A stretch of DNA of 64,000 bases from Camelus ferus. Its lineage: Eukaryota. Both the position numbers and the translations under genes were made by a program. Shown here piece by piece: positions 1-14,270 of this stretch (position 1 is its first letter; each line of letters starts with the position of its first letter). The stretch is from contig NC_045697.1 of the NCBI RefSeq assembly GCF_009834535.1, positions 53,446,001 through 53,510,000 on the forward strand. Direction: 5' to 3'. The notes beneath the pieces were generated by a model. The model ran no database searches and had not been told where the DNA came from. It was given only the letters and a program-made list of their open reading frames with translations.

Positions 1-913
1 ATGACAGACTATTCTGTTTACATAATGGTGCTGTTTTCCTCTGGAAAAAAAATCTTGGCGTTGACTTAGGTGGATTTGAGTAATATTGGTTTTTCTTATT
101 CCATCATTCATACTGCATTTATTTTGAAAAATTTCCTGTAGAGACAAACATTCCCTCATGCACTGGGTCTTTAGAGACTCTGAAATCCAGCTTAAGACAG
201 GATACATGAAAAGGACCAAAGGTGTTCTTTCTGAAGTGCTCAGAACAATTTGGTAGAAATTGAGATCAAAGGCTAGAAGAGGACATAAGAGATTATTTGA
301 CTTAGCTATCAGTTTTAAAACCATTAAGATTTAAAATCAAAGTCAAATTAATTCTGTCATCCTATACTGTTTATAACAAGTTACACATTTCAAGATAATG
401 TGAACTTGGACTGAGTGCCAATCGGATAAGAGAAAAAGGAGGGTGTATAGGGGGTAATGGGAGGAGTTTGAACAATTAGAATCTTGGTATTTTCTGAACT
501 AGCTTGAGATGACAACTAAGAAATCTTCTAATTTTCTTTTTTGGTAAACATTTTCTTCTTTACGGAGCATTCTTTCTCCATATTTCCACAAGTTTACATA
601 TCTATTTACATATATTTTGTGTCCTTATGAGGTCCCCAATTGTCTTAATTCCTCTGTTTCTTTTCCTTCTTTTGAAGTGTCCTAAGTGCAGAACATGTGG
701 TTTCTCCACTTTTGCAATCTGTCTTCTCCAGTAATTACTCACAGATATTTACTACTACATTAAGTAAAATCTCCTGAGTCAAGCCAAAAAGGCCGTTCAC
801 AATAAACAATCATTTATCTCGCAAACTTTATCTCCTACTCAGTATTTAGTAGTTTGTATTCTATGACACTCTACTGATAATTGCTTTAGGACAATGCCCT
901 TGATTTTTTAACT

Positions 914-1095
914 TCCTTTGAGAATATTTGGTCCTGTCCAAAATGTCCATAAAGCATTTTAGTCCATAAGCATTTGGTCCATAAGACATTTGGTCCATGC
1001 CAAAAGGTCCTTGAAATTTGCTTCTATCCAAGACATCTATGACCATATTTGGTCCATGCCACATGGTTTTGGACAAACCCAAATGTCTGCTAACC
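914..1095. repeat. Internally repetitive, imperfectly palindromic interspersed element, copy 1 (family unassigned, MITE-like)
   Basis: Repeated ATTTGGTCCAT/GTCCAAAA units; shares a 27-bp identical core with 52006-52032. Confidence 0.7.
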
Positions 1096-2855
1096 TTTAA
1101 TTTCTGCATTTGTTCATACTGCTGTCTTTGGCTGTTATTACCTTTCCATTCTCCTTGCCTGCTAAAATTCTACACATCTTTCAAGGTCATTTCAAGTTTA
1201 TTATTTCACAGTAGCTTTTTCATGTCTTATTCTTATGACTCCCAGAGCCCTGTTTCATATTTCCTTTCTTATTTTATGTTCTTTCATATAGCAAAATATT
1301 TATAGAGTTCACAGATGTATTCATTCATTCATACATTTTTCAATTATAGAATAAAATACAATGCTAGGGGAAGTGAAGTTTGAATGTATCATGGATTCTT
1401 TGTTGAACATGGAATGGCTTATAAAATATTCTTTAAGCATTCTTTTCAAAACTCTAAATAAAATAGACCCCATAAGCAATCAGGCTACAAACTATTAGCT
1501 AAGTTATTTTGTTTTCCTTTTGATGTATTATGGTGCCTGACACAACCATGTAAAACTTTGCAGGGAGAAGAATGATCATGGCACTTTCCCCTGCTCTACG
1601 AGGATATCCAAGAGACGATGATAATCCCTAAAATGAAAGAAAAGAGACAGGAACCTGCAGAGGATTTTCAAAAAGGAATACTAGCAACTAAATGCAATTT
1701 GTACGACTTTGTGAAGCAGTGGATTCTGAAGCTGGAGCTAATAGAAAATTATTAGGGAAGTGGTAGCTCTTCAATGAATGGAGTCACTAGTTTGATGATA
1801 AACACAAGAGAAAAAACGTTTTAGGAATTAAAACATATATTACACATTAAAATTTAATCACATGTCTAAAGGATTCAAATTTCTACAGACACAGGCTGGC
1901 AGACCAAGTCTTCCAATGGAAATTGAAACCAGTTGCATGCATTATGCATTATGCTGCCTCATCGTATATTGAACATTGAAGCTGTCTTCTTCTAAGAGTC
2001 CTCAAGCAGAACCAAGCTTTTCATATTTTTCCTGTGACTGGGTGGATTCTGTTAACCTGTAAAATTTGTGCCAGGGAAGTTTCCCTGGTGGTTAATGAGG
2101 GGTGAGGCAATAGATATGAAAAGTAGGTTCTGATCCACCACTCCACCTGCTGAGCAATTCAATAGTCGTTCTTGTAAAAGTGGTTTGCTGACAGACACCA
2201 TGTAGTTTTTAGGCTGTTTTTGCCCATGGCATTTCTTAGTTCACTATGGGAATAGAGTAAAAATGAATGCAATTATTTATTGTAGGATATACAGCCTGAT
2301 ATTATTACAGGAATTCCACTATAGGAAGTCTTAGATAAATGCTTTTAGTTTAATATTCAGATCATCTCAAATTAGATTATTAACCATCTGCAAACTCAGA
2401 AAATAACCTCATTTCAACATATTTGCCTTCAGAACTATCTGGAATTTTTGCTGTACAGCTTACAAACTGTGACTTGGGTGTCTTGTGTCTCTTATGATAT
2501 AAATCCTCTGGGCCAGGTAATTTTATTATTCCCACTTTATGGATATGGTCATCTAAGCTTAGAGAGGCCTGGTGAACAATTGCTATTAGGATTACATGAG
2601 ATAATCCATGCCTGGCCCATAGTAAGTGTTTGCTCAGTTTTGCTGTTATTAAAATTATCTGTGCCATGTTGCACTATTTTATGCATATAAATTGTGGCAT
2701 ATTTTATCTGGCTTACTCTTCATCTACCTCAGCATGATATTTGATAATAGTGAAAAAGGGTATGTTATAGAAATGCATATTTATTTCTACTAATGAAAAA
2801 TTTATAAGTTAGAAATATAACCAAATGTATATTGGCTTATTGTAAAATACTTATA

Positions 2856-3542
2856 CAAGCATTCTTTGGAGATACTGCAGATTTGGTTCTATACCATCCC
2901 CAAAAGACAAAGACCACAATAAAATGAATCACAATAATTTTTTGTTTTCCCATTGCATATGAAAGTTATGTTTATGCCAAACTGTTGTCTATTAAGTGTG
3001 CAGTAGCATTATGTCTAGAAAAATAATGCATATGCCATAATTAAAAAATACTTTATTGCTAAAATATGCCCAAACAACGACAATAGTAGAACATCACCAA
3101 TCACATTTCACCATAACAAAGACAGTTGACCCTTGAACAACACAGGGCTTAGGGGCGTTGACTCTCCATGCAGTTGAAAATCTAAGTGTAGCTTCACAGT
3201 TGGTCCTCAGTATCTGTGGTTCTCCATCCGTGGATTCAACCAATCTTGGATAATGTAGTTCCGTAGCATGAATTTACTGAGAAACATCAGCATATAAATG
3301 GGCCCTCTCAGTTCAAACCCATGTTGTTCAAGGGTCAACTGTATAATAATAATGAAAAAGTTTGAAATATTGCAAGAATTACCAAAATGTGACACAGAGA
3401 CACAAATTGAGCAAATGCTGTTGGAAAAATCACATTAGTAGATTTGCTTAATGCAGCCTTACCACAAACTTTCAATTTGTAAAAAATACAATATCTGCAA
3501 AGCACAACAAAGTGAAGCATGATGAAAATGAGATAATGCCCT
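2856..3542 (-). mobile_element. Tigger1-derived non-autonomous DNA transposon, interrupted by a nested MITE
   Basis: Both Tigger1-type ends recognisable (TA-CAAGCATTCTTTGGAGATACTGCAG... and ...GCAAAGCACAACAAAGTGAAGC...GAGATAATGCC). Confidence 0.8.
3123..3341. mobile_element. Tigger2-family MITE nested in the Tigger1 element
   Basis: Terminal inverted repeats CAGTTGACCCTTGAACAACA ... TGTTGTTCAAGGGTCAACTG, followed by TA. Confidence 0.85.
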
Positions 3543-5469
3543 TATTAGTTCGTGAGTTTATCTAAAGACATTTGCTCAGGGTTGAGTAATGAGTAACTTG
3601 TCAGAGAATATCAGAGTCTCTGTGTGAATATACTAGCTGAAGACTATATCACAATGGGAAAAATTACAAATTACATCAACTCTAAAAAACTGATTTCTGA
3701 AAACACAACAAAACACAATAAAAAGTGTATATGTATTACATATAGACGTTACATATGTTTCCTAATCACAATAAATATGGTTGCTTGCAAACAAATGCTT
3801 TGATACAGTGTTGTCTTAATTCAAACAACATCCAGCACATACAGTCCCCATATTGACTCCAAAACACCTACATGTAATTCCAGTGTTTATCAGTTTTATT
3901 TGGAGGATATGACAAGATTTTTTCAAAGCATTATTTTGCTAACAGAATTGTCTTAATTTGGGGGGATATAATATCAATATTCCTTAAGTAAACATGAGCC
4001 AAAAATGCACACATTCTAACATATATTGTATAGTATTATTTATTACATATGTAATATAATGTATAATAATATATAATCAATATAGGGACTGTATATGTAT
4101 ATAGAAAAAATATATATAGAGAGAGAGGCATTCAAGAAATTTGAGTTTTGAAAATCAAAATGGCTTTCACTAGGAAAGCATGAACCAAGAAGAAGCTATT
4201 TTGTGGAGCATTCCTGTCTACACAGTATATTTTAAAGCAAGTTGTGTTCCCAATATGTGTTATCATTTGTATAATTTTTTTGAATCTAAAAAGTACTTAA
4301 GAATTTCATTTCAAAATCCTCTTCACTCTCACCTTAAAAATGTTGACTTTTATATAGTTAAAACCTTTTACTATTGTTACAGAATTTTAATACTCTTACA
4401 TTTATGGTAATACACAAATACAGGCAAAGTCTGTACTGTGACTTGAGGTTATCTTTAATTTCTATTGGTGACTGTTATTTATATTGCTAAAGCTATTTTG
4501 ACCTGTTGCTACTTTCCTAATAAAGAACAGTGCTAAATTTAATCTAGAGGTCAAAAAAGTAAATAGTTTGTTTTTTTCCTCATTCGGGTTCACAGACTCC
4601 CTAAATTCTATTCACAGACCCCAGGTTAAGAACTTCTGAAGAAATGTTTCCTTTTATTACCGCAAAGGAACAGAACAAGGGGAGTCATGTTTCATCATTT
4701 CATCTTGGGTTATAGCACATTGGCCTGAAAGTCACATGGCCCCTCTTCTCTCCAAAGTGGCCAAGAAATGCAGTCTTCTAAATGTCCAGGAAGAGAAGAA
4801 ACACCAGATATTAGGAAGTACGTGTATAGTCCACGTAATCTCTCACTCAGAATACCCAGACAGCTCCCTCTGTTCAATAGCTCCCCTAGGCTTTTAGCAT
4901 CCTTACCTACAAATATGCAAAATAAGTTGTTAAAAATAGTTGTATTAAATAAAAGTCAATGACAAGTCATTCAGTTCTTTATTTTCTAATTAAATTAATG
5001 TTTAATACCTAATAAAGTTAGACACCTAGGTAGACGTTATAGGAAAAATTTTATTCCTGTAATCTTTTACTCAATTATTTTGAGTAATTATTTACTCAAA
5101 ATATTAACATGTGAAATATATAAGCATCAAAATAAATATCATTTATGATTTGATTCAAAAGTATTTATTGGTTGACTATTATGTGCTAAGCAGTTACCAA
5201 GGAAACTGCTATGAATAATACTCTGCTTTCATGAAGCCTACATTTTATTCTGGTGGAAGGAAAGAGAAAACCGAACAGAACAAATATTCTTACAAATGTG
5301 TAATATGCCATGTGGAGATAAATCCTGTGAATAACTATAATGAAGAGTAAAGGGCTAAAGTTTAGGCAAAGTTGCTATATTTGATATAAATTGATCTAGA
5401 AATACCTATGAAAGTGATACTTGAGCAAAAATACTGAATGAAAGCTATACTTCATGAAGAACTGAATAA

Positions 5470-6900
5470 ACCATTTATAGAGTGTAGAGTGTTATCTCTA
5501 TGCTGGAATCTCTCCTAAAAATCAAACGTTCACTATGCATCTCCATGTAGATGTCTAACTGACCTCTCAGAATGAGTGAGTCCAAAAGTGAACTCCTATC
5601 TTCCCTTTCCTGAAGCTTGTATCTCAACTGAATGAATTCCAAATAAAAATTCTTTGATTTGCTCAGCCCCCAAACCTCAGAGTCATCCTTTACTCTCCTC
5701 TCTCACTTACCATACCCAAATCCTCTCAGCTCGATGGCTACTTCTTACCAATCCCATCACTTCCATTTTCAACCAAATCAGCTTGTTCCATTGCAAAAAC
5801 TCCTGCCAACTAATGAATGTCCCTCACCCTCTGACTCTACCAGGCTTAGGTCATTAGCCACTGGGGTTCCTGACCTGTTACACAACCTGAAAGGAGTTCT
5901 GGGTGGAGATCAGGAATGAGGCACTCCAGGCTCTGGGAAAACTGCCAGAAGAGACCATCAGATAGTTAGATATTTTCAGGAGAAAGTTTTATGAACCCAA
6001 ATTCTTGCATCTTCTCATACCTTGAAAAGCACTAAAATAATTACCAGAGACATTTTCTTCTTGTGACTAGCAGCGTCCTTCTATGGAGATGTGTGTACAC
6101 AATTCACCAAAATCACGTATCCACTGACCTCCCCCCACCTCTCTGGAGCAGTTTCCTCAGGGTTATCCAACAGGCTGTCTCCCAGGCTACAGTCCTCAGA
6201 AAGTCCCAAATAAAACTGAACTCACAGCTCTTGCATTGTGTGTGTATTCTTTTCAGTGGACACTACCAACTATTCTTTCTGCTTCAATTCTTGCCCCCAC
6301 TTCCTACCTCACCCTTATTTTCAATGTAGTCTCCAGGGTAGATCTTTTAAAATAGAACCCAGATTGCTCAGTCCTCTGCTCAGATCTCTGTGATGAGTTC
6401 TCCCAGAAAAATGGAAGATGTTACAGAGGGCTGCAAACCCCTCTGTAATCCATAATCCCCATCTCCCTTACCTCACCTCCTCCTACTTGTCCCCTTTTCT
6501 CCTCCAGCCGTACTAATCTCCTTGCTATTCCCCCAATACACTGGGCACATCCTTGACTTGGCATGTTTGTCCATGCTGTGCCTTCTTTCTGGAATGCTCC
6601 TCCCCAAAACATCTTCATGGCTCGCTCACTTTCTCATTCAGATCTCTGTTCAAATGCTACCTACACAGAAAGTACTTTCCTGGCACCATATATAAAATAA
6701 ACTACTCCCCACCTTAACATCTTGCTTTACTTTTTAGACATTAATGCTAGTTACTATTCAATATTCTAAATGTTTCACTTATTTATTTTGTCTATTGTCT
6801 GCTTCATCTCAACAGATTGTGGGAATTTAGGTCTGCTTTTATCTCCTGCTGTACTTTGGTGCCTACCAGGCCCTCGGTAGATATGTGTAAAACAAATAAA
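5470..6900 (+). mobile_element. Degenerate L2 LINE 3' region, interrupted by an LTR
   Basis: Pyrimidine-rich L2-like segments (CTCAGCCCCCAAACCTCAGAGTCATCCTTTACTCTCC; CCTTCTTTCTGGAATGCTCC). Confidence 0.6.
5784..6262 (+). mobile_element. Solo ERV1-type LTR (5' boundary approximate)
   Basis: AATAAAACTGAACTCACAGCTC followed by a ...TTTCAGTGGACA terminus. Confidence 0.6.
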
Positions 6901-9227
6901 GTAAAAATAATGTCTTTCACTCTCCGTTCTGAAAATGATGGGATTTAAAATAACACCTGGGAAACAGCCACCTTCAGCCCTGGCACAAAACTGTACCTCT
7001 CAGTGAAACTGAGTATCGGTGCTGTGGTAAGTTTTTAATGCCTGTATTTGCTCATATTATCTGAAAGTAAATATAAAATTTCTGGAACAGAGTTCAGAGA
7101 TATTATTGCTTACAATGATAACCTTACTAGTTCCCTTTTGCCCAATTCTTTCACCTTCTGAAGAAATGTGATCACTGGACAGACATCTGCAAGAACAAAG
7201 GCAGTTTTTGTATTACAGGTGTGAAACCCTAAGACATAAATATGAGTTTATTTACATGCTGCCCTCCTCTGGTCCAGAGAGAGAAAGGGAGTTAATTCCC
7301 TTAATTTAAACAAATTACAATTGGAAAATTAAGGAGAGTGTTTCAAGGGTCGCATCCTTTGGAACGTAAATAAATGTCTCCAGGAGGGAAATATCTCCTG
7401 TGCCTCCAGTTTTACAAGCCCAGGAAAATTTCCTGGATTCCATATTTTATTCCTCTTTGCAATGTTAACACACACTTCCCAGGGAGTAAATCTCAGTCGT
7501 CTTTTAACTGCCAAGGCTTGTTTGTTAACCTAGGTCCCAGATTTCTTTGTTCAGAAAGGCTTAACCTTACAAAAATATAAAAACATGTTCTCTACGGTCT
7601 TGCCATCTGGTTATCTTTTTAATCTCTACTCTTTTCTTCTACTGAGCATTTTTATTATTTCTTCCCAACAAGTTGTTTTTAACTTCCCAAGTAATACACT
7701 AATACACACACACACATACACACAATCCTACACCATCACATTTTAGAAATTCAGACAATTACATGAAGCAAAGTCACTCTTTGGTACGGCCCAATTTCAC
7801 ATCTTTTTTTCAGAGATCTTTCCAAATCAATTTGCAGCATTTTGCCTGTATGTATACACATACTAAGATATGTATACATATATTAAGAAATATAGAATTA
7901 TATTTGTGAATTTAACATTAAGGAGATCATATTCTCTGAACTGTTTTTTCCTGAGTTTTTGTCACTCAAGAATGTCTTAGAGATAATTTCATATCAATAT
8001 ATGCACATTATTATTTTTAAGTTATAGAGTGGTTAGATGTCTTATATCTGCTCTTCTCTCTAATTAGAATATTTCTTCCCTTCCATTTTGCCCTTTTGAG
8101 AAAGCTGACTTTTCCTTTAAAGCCTAGCTCAAATATTATCTCTTGTATGAAGCCTTCGCTCATCATTTGAGCTATGTTAATATCCGTTCTAATAGTCTGC
8201 CAGGCTGGGAGGAAAAGAGGAGTAACCTCTGGATTAAAGGAACTGAACCATGTGTAGGGTTGGTCCTCCTGGAGGGGTGCTCATTAATTAAAGTACAAGA
8301 TTCAGCAGAGCATGACAAATTGGAGTGTAATTGTGGGCAGTATTCATTCCTATGGGAGAAAAGGGTGTTAGTGGTAATATTTATGAATCAGTGGGTAGGA
8401 GGGGGAAGGTTGGGTTTTGAGGTTCTAGATCTTTTCCTTTTTTGAAATAAGATTTTCCCCATTAACTGGAGTGGCCAAGGACAGCATCTGATCCTAAAGG
8501 AGATAGAACTGGGACACATGTCAGGATCTCTTCCAATGTGTCTGAAGTTTAGCACAGAATTCCATTCCCACTATAGTGACCGTGGAAGGAGTGGTTTCAT
8601 GTGGATTAGCACACTTGTGAAATTAATGGAAAGGGATATAATAACACAGTGAACTTTCTTGAGGAACAATCTTAACATAAGAAAAATAACTTAAAATTCT
8701 TCTCTTCTACCAAGCTCCAACAGCTTTGGTTCAAGAACTGTTGGGAATGACACTGCAGACAAAAACTTGTCTGAAATTGATCAGGGATGGGGAAAGTGCA
8801 GGCACTTAACTCTTCCTCTCAGTACTTCCTTTGTAGTTTACCACTATCTTTAATGACACTTTCTGTTAATTACGATAGTGTGAGCTCCTTGAAGATCAGA
8901 TTTGCCTGTGATCAAAGTATGTATGTTCAGTGACGAATATTATGTCTGGCACTTAGTTGATGTAAAGAAATTGTTTCTCAAATTAATTCTTATATGATTA
9001 ACTATTTGAATTGCTTCAAAAAATGGGACTTAAAAATTCACTCACTCTTACAGAGCTTCAGAAAATAACAGAAAATTAATGGAACTATCTTTAAACTTTC
9101 TGATCATCTTTGATTTTTGCTGCACTCCAAGCCAGAAATCCAAATATGAAATAATGTCAGACAGTAAACCTAGCTGCAGATCTTGATATGAGCCACTAGA
9201 GAGAAAGGTGATCCTGTACTGATATTA

Positions 9228-9707
9228 GCACAAGATTCTTTCCTTGACGAAACTTCAGTCAGGCTCCTCTGAGCCCTCTGCTCAACTAGGCCTGCTCTTG
9301 GGCTCTATCTTAATGCTCGTAGAGCCTAGTTTTGGCAAGAATCCTACTAAGTTAGTTTAGCCCGAATAGTGCATGCTCAATATCTAATCACCCTCAATAT
9401 AGGACCAAACTACTCTATTTAGGTAATATCTGATCACCATGACCTACCTTCAGCAAAAATCTTGTTAGGTCAGTTTAGCAAAGAACAACACCTCTCACTC
9501 TTACTAATTTTCCATTTATTGACACCATGACCCCTCCAATTTGCCCCTCGACTGTAAATCCCCACCTCTCCTTGCTGTATTCAGAGCTGAGCCAAATCAC
9601 TCTCCCCTATGCACAACTCCTCTGCAATAATTCCTATACAAATTGCAGTAATCCTGAATAAAGTCTGCTTAGCATCTTTAAGAAGTGTCATGAATATTTT
9701 TTTAACA
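9228..9707 (+). mobile_element. Solo ERV1 LTR, MER31-like
   Basis: AAGATTCTTTCCTTGACGAAACTTCAGTCAGGCTCCTCTGAGCCCTC start; AATAAAGTCTG near the end; ...TTTAACA terminus. Confidence 0.65.
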
Positions 9708-11022
9708 CTAGCATAATCTAAAGCTTCAGAAAATTCTGGCGTTGGTCGGGTGGTGTACAGTTGTCTACAGTACATTATTTTACTTCTTTATATAGAAATA
9801 TACTTTATAAATAAAAAACTCAAATAATTAAAGGATATAGCTTTTACCCTCAAAGAGCTGATGTTTATATAATGAATAAGTGAAATTTTCTTTTTATATT
9901 GATATTGCATCAATTTTGCTCAAACCCTTCCCAGATAATGAGACTTAAGTAAGAAACTTAAATATCTAAAGTTTGAAAGGACTTATATTTATTTATTTAT
10001 ATACCTTCTTTTTCTACAATATATTTGAGGTTACTCTAAAATAAATAAATAAATACATACGTACATACATACACAAACCACAATAGAAGGAAAATTTATT
10101 AAATGAGTGATTATTTCTAGGAAGTATATTTGATACTTAATTTTTGTTTCATCTATTAAAATATTTTGGTTGTCTTTTTTTTTTTTTTTTTTTTTTTGGA
10201 TAATGGCTATGTATGTCTTTTTTAATTAAAATGTAAACATGGGGAAAATACTTAAGACATTTGGTGTCAACTTGTTTGCTTGAGCTGAGATTGGCCAAAT
10301 CTGATAGTGAAGAAGTGAAAAGAAGAAGGCAGGAAGAGTACTTACTAGTGACCACATAGTAACCAGCATCAAAACTCTACCTTCTAAAGGTGAAAGGCTC
10401 ACTATGAAATGCAACTCCACGTAAGAGCTTGCAGTTAATCACGGAATCACCTAATAGAAGAAGTATGAAGAAAATCAACTACTCACAAAACCAGCAATAA
10501 CAGCAAGGACGACAAGAATAGCAACAAAGATGAAATACCCTTCCCCATAAAGCTGGATTCATGGAGGCTTGTATCAAAAAAAAAAAAAAAAAAAAAAAAA
10601 ATCATGAAACCTACAGAAGGATTCAGACTAAGACTTGAGTAGTTGAAAGTCTATGATTTTGCACAGACACAAAAGTGATGAAAAATACAGGGTTTGTTTT
10701 AGATTTTAATTAGACATGCTGATTCAAAAGAAGGTCACATAGAAAAGTCAATAAGAATAGCGCACTTAAGCTCCTGCAAGGTGGCCTCTCCTCCAGCTCT
10801 CACTGGGTTCTAGCAACACCCTTTTTCCTCGGCTCTTCAGGCCAAGAGTGAGGATACCTTCCTTCTGAAGCCAGTCTCTGGGTGCCTCATTATTCCTTAT
10901 TAGTTCAGTTCCCTTAATCTTGCCTGCATCTTTGAAATCCTGTTAAACTCAATTTAGTCAAATCCTCTTGAGTAGAATTATATTCTTGCTTGGCTACAAT
11001 TCAGTGTTTTGAGTGATTATGT

Positions 11023-11562
11023 TGTAAAACAAAACTTGCCAGCCCAAAATGTGTCTCTTTGGATTGAGGGTTATTTTGGACTGATTGCTTTTAAGAATCA
11101 AAAGATTCTGGATGTCTTTCTTTTTACCTCTCCCTTAACTGCTTAAAAGATTTTAGATAAAAGGCCTGGTCCAGGAAGAGCCCTCTCACCACAGATAACC
11201 TACAAAGAACTTGGGCTACTGTACAGGGAAACTCAGCAGGGCCTGGAGACCAAAGTCCACTCTGGGTCCCACTGTCTCTGTGTGACACTGCAAACATTTG
11301 TTTACCAAATATTTGCTTTTCAAACTCCATGTAAAGTGCCTTCCTCCCCTTTGAAGTCCACAACTCTACCCCCTTCTCTTTCTCTCAGATGGCATATAAG
11401 CCACAATTGCCCAACCTGTCCTTGGGCCTCATGGTCTTAAGGAACCCCCATACATATGTAGTTAAATTTGGTTTTTCTTCTGTTAATATCTCACATCATT
11501 TAAATCTTAGCTTAGTCAGAAGAATCTAGAAGGGTAGAGGAAAATGCTTTCCTTCCCCAATA
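11023..11562 (+). mobile_element. Solo ERV1 LTR, MER34-like
   Basis: CCCAAAATGTGTCTCTTTGG...ATTTTGGACTGA; GGCATATAAGCC TATA; AGAATCTAGAAGGGTAGAGGAAAA near the end. Confidence 0.6.
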
Positions 11563-13279
11563 ATTATAAATTGACTTTTGACATTAGACATTTTTCAAAT
11601 GAGAAAGAAACATGCATTGATGAGTTTATGATGGATGAGAACAAATCAAACTATTGAGGGAATATTTAGATTTAGTAATAATTGAATATGTCTTGATTTC
11701 CATGTAAGTTAATTAATTTCTGAAGTAGTACAGGATGTAACTTACACTGGTGTCATCAATAAAATCCACTCCTTACGTGGATGCACGGATCATCCAGATA
11801 ATCTCTCCTTTTCATTTAATCTTATTCTGATCCAATTTTCAATGTTCCCCTTTTAAAAATAAAAAGAGAATAAATAATTGAAGAAGTTTATGTTACAGAA
11901 ATATACAGCTTCTGAAACTAGACACACAGTTCCCATGAGTGTAATCTCGGATCCTAAGGATAGGGGCGTACAGAAAGGCACTTGAGACCAAAGGGAAAAG
12001 CTGCCAAGGATTTACCTTCTTCTCACATCTGCCTTTTTCTTCTCTCCCTGTGTGGCTTCCTCTACTCCTCAATTTGCAATGCAAATAGAATTTGCTGTTC
12101 TGGTGCCCTAATGGACTTTTTTTTTTTTCTTTTGAGAGACCCCACTCAAAATCCTGTAGAACCTCTAGGTTCTAAGCCTGTAGAGTTCAGAACATCACTT
12201 TCAGCTGGCAATGTATCCTGAAAGAGGTTTATTATTTCCAGAAATTGTGATAATCTTTTTGAATATATGATTTCATAGAATGTTCCAGAAATCCTATGAA
12301 GAATTTATTTATAAAAACCTCATGTATAGATAAAGTTCAGGAGGCTTGAATAAATTGCTCCAAGTCACAATGATTAAGTGACAGAACTTGTATTTAAATT
12401 CAGGTGTGCCCCAAGTTGGAGGTCTAAGCCACTCCATCAAACTCCTGTATGGTGGCTTGGCTCAGTGAAATTATTCTATGAGAAGACAAAATAAATCCAT
12501 CTAATTACATAGCTCTTTGATTGCTTGCCTTAATCCAAAAGATAAGCTTTTGATAAACGGAGAACTCAAAGTTGCTATCTCTGGCAAGCTAAATTTGATT
12601 TATTCTTCCCTACTTGAACCAGATGTGGCAGCAAGCATGGGGCAGAGGAAGCAGTATGTTCTAACAAGCCAGGAAAGAGAACCAAGAGCTCTTCCTGTTC
12701 CCTCGCATCTCTGCACCCACTCGTTTGTTCAGCCAACGTCCATTTCACACATATTAAAATCACGTGTGATATTTTGCAGTTTACAAAGATTTTAGTATTT
12801 GCCCCATTTCATATAGTAAGAGGAGATAAGTGTTATTATCTTTTCTGCTATGAAACACTATTTAAAATAATTCCCCTGCATTGCTCAGTTCATAACAAGC
12901 AGACCAGGCAGCCTCACTACCAGGTCTGTTCTCAGTCATTACTGTGTGTTGCTAGGGAGGGCACCATGAACTTAAAGGGAACGATAACTACATTTGATTT
13001 CTCATCTCCATGTATTTACAATTATGTGATGTGGCCGATAATACTGAACCTTACCTGTTGTCTTCCGGAAAAGGGCTTACTCCTAAGCAACACCCTTCCT
13101 TCTTCATACAACTGGGGTAAGAATCACAGATGCCCCCTTTACTGGTGACACAGACCCTCCAAATTTTGATTCTTTGCCTTGTAAATGATTAGCTGAACAA
13201 AGTGCTTGTTGACTAACCTTTGTTTCTCTCCTTTCCCTGGGACCCTGAACTTTGTTCTATCTGAATTGATAAACAATTG

Positions 13280-13676
13280 TTTTGGTTTTTTTCTTATTGC
13301 AGTAACATTGGTTTATAGCATTATGTAAGTCTTATGCGCACAATGTTATGTTTCTACTTCTGGATACCCTACAGCATGCTCATCCCTCAAAATTTAGTTT
13401 CCATCCATCACCATACAATTGATTCCCTCTCACCCATTTTGCTCTCTCCCCTGCCCCTTCCCCTTTGATAACCATCACTCTGTTCTCTGTATCTATGTGT
13501 TTGCTTTTTTGGTTTGGCTTGTTCATTTATTTTTTGATTTTTTGTATTCCACATATGAATTAAATCATACAGTATTTATTCTTCTCCCTCTGACTTATTT
13601 CACTTGGCAGAATATCCTTCAGGTCCATCTATGTTGTTGGAAATGGCAACATTTCATCTTTTTTATGGCTGAGTAG
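13280..13676 (-). mobile_element. L1 3' end (antisense)
   Basis: TATTCCACATATGAATTAAATCATACAGTATTT...TGACTTATTTCACTTGGC...TTTTTATGGCTGAGTAGT. Confidence 0.8.
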
Positions 13677-13844
13677 TGACAACCCCTTTTTAACAGCCCA
13701 TCCTGAGAACAGGCTGGCCTCAGGATGAAACATCCTCTGATCTATCCCACCACATCACACTGCATCCCACTTCTCCACTCATGATTCTTTCCAGCCTTGC
13801 TGACTTCTCTGCACAAAAGAAAAGCCCTTTCCCCTAACTGTCCC

Positions 13845-14270
13845 ACCCCTAGCTTTACTGAGGTATAACTGACAAACAAAAATTGTATATATTTAAGTCG
13901 TGCAATGTGATGATTTGATATAAAGATACATTGTGAAATGATTACCTAATTAACACATCTAATTAACAAACTAATTAACATGTCTATATCTCATACAGTT
14001 AACTTTGTGTGTGTAGTGAGAATACCGAAGAGCTACTCATCTACTATCTTAGCAAATTGCAAGTGTACAATATAGTCTTATTAACTATAGTCACCATGCT
14101 GTACATTAGATCTCCAGAAATTATTGATCTTATAACTGGAAGTGTGTGCCCTTTGACCAACATTTCCTCATTTCCCCTACCCCCTACCCGCCCAGGTCTA
14201 CTCTCTGCTTCTACGAGTTTGACTTTAGATTCCATATATAAGTGTGAGATCTTACAATATATATCTTATG
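13845..14270 (-). mobile_element. L1MA-type 3' end (antisense)
   Basis: AGCTTTACTGAGGTATAACTGACAAAC...AACTATAGTCACCATGCTGTACATTAGATCTCCAGAA. Confidence 0.8.

Noticed and set aside
920..1090. CRISPR-like repeated ATTTGGTCC units and overlapping ORFs 861-1109 / 1018-1305
   Set aside because: Units are degenerate and irregular, with no unique spacers or cas genes, in a mammalian context. The ORFs are by-products of the repeat.
12517..13148. Longest non-SULT ORFs (92-124 aa) and the other short ORFs in the track
   Set aside because: No recognisable domains, often non-ATG starts, overlap with repeats, and lengths expected by chance.
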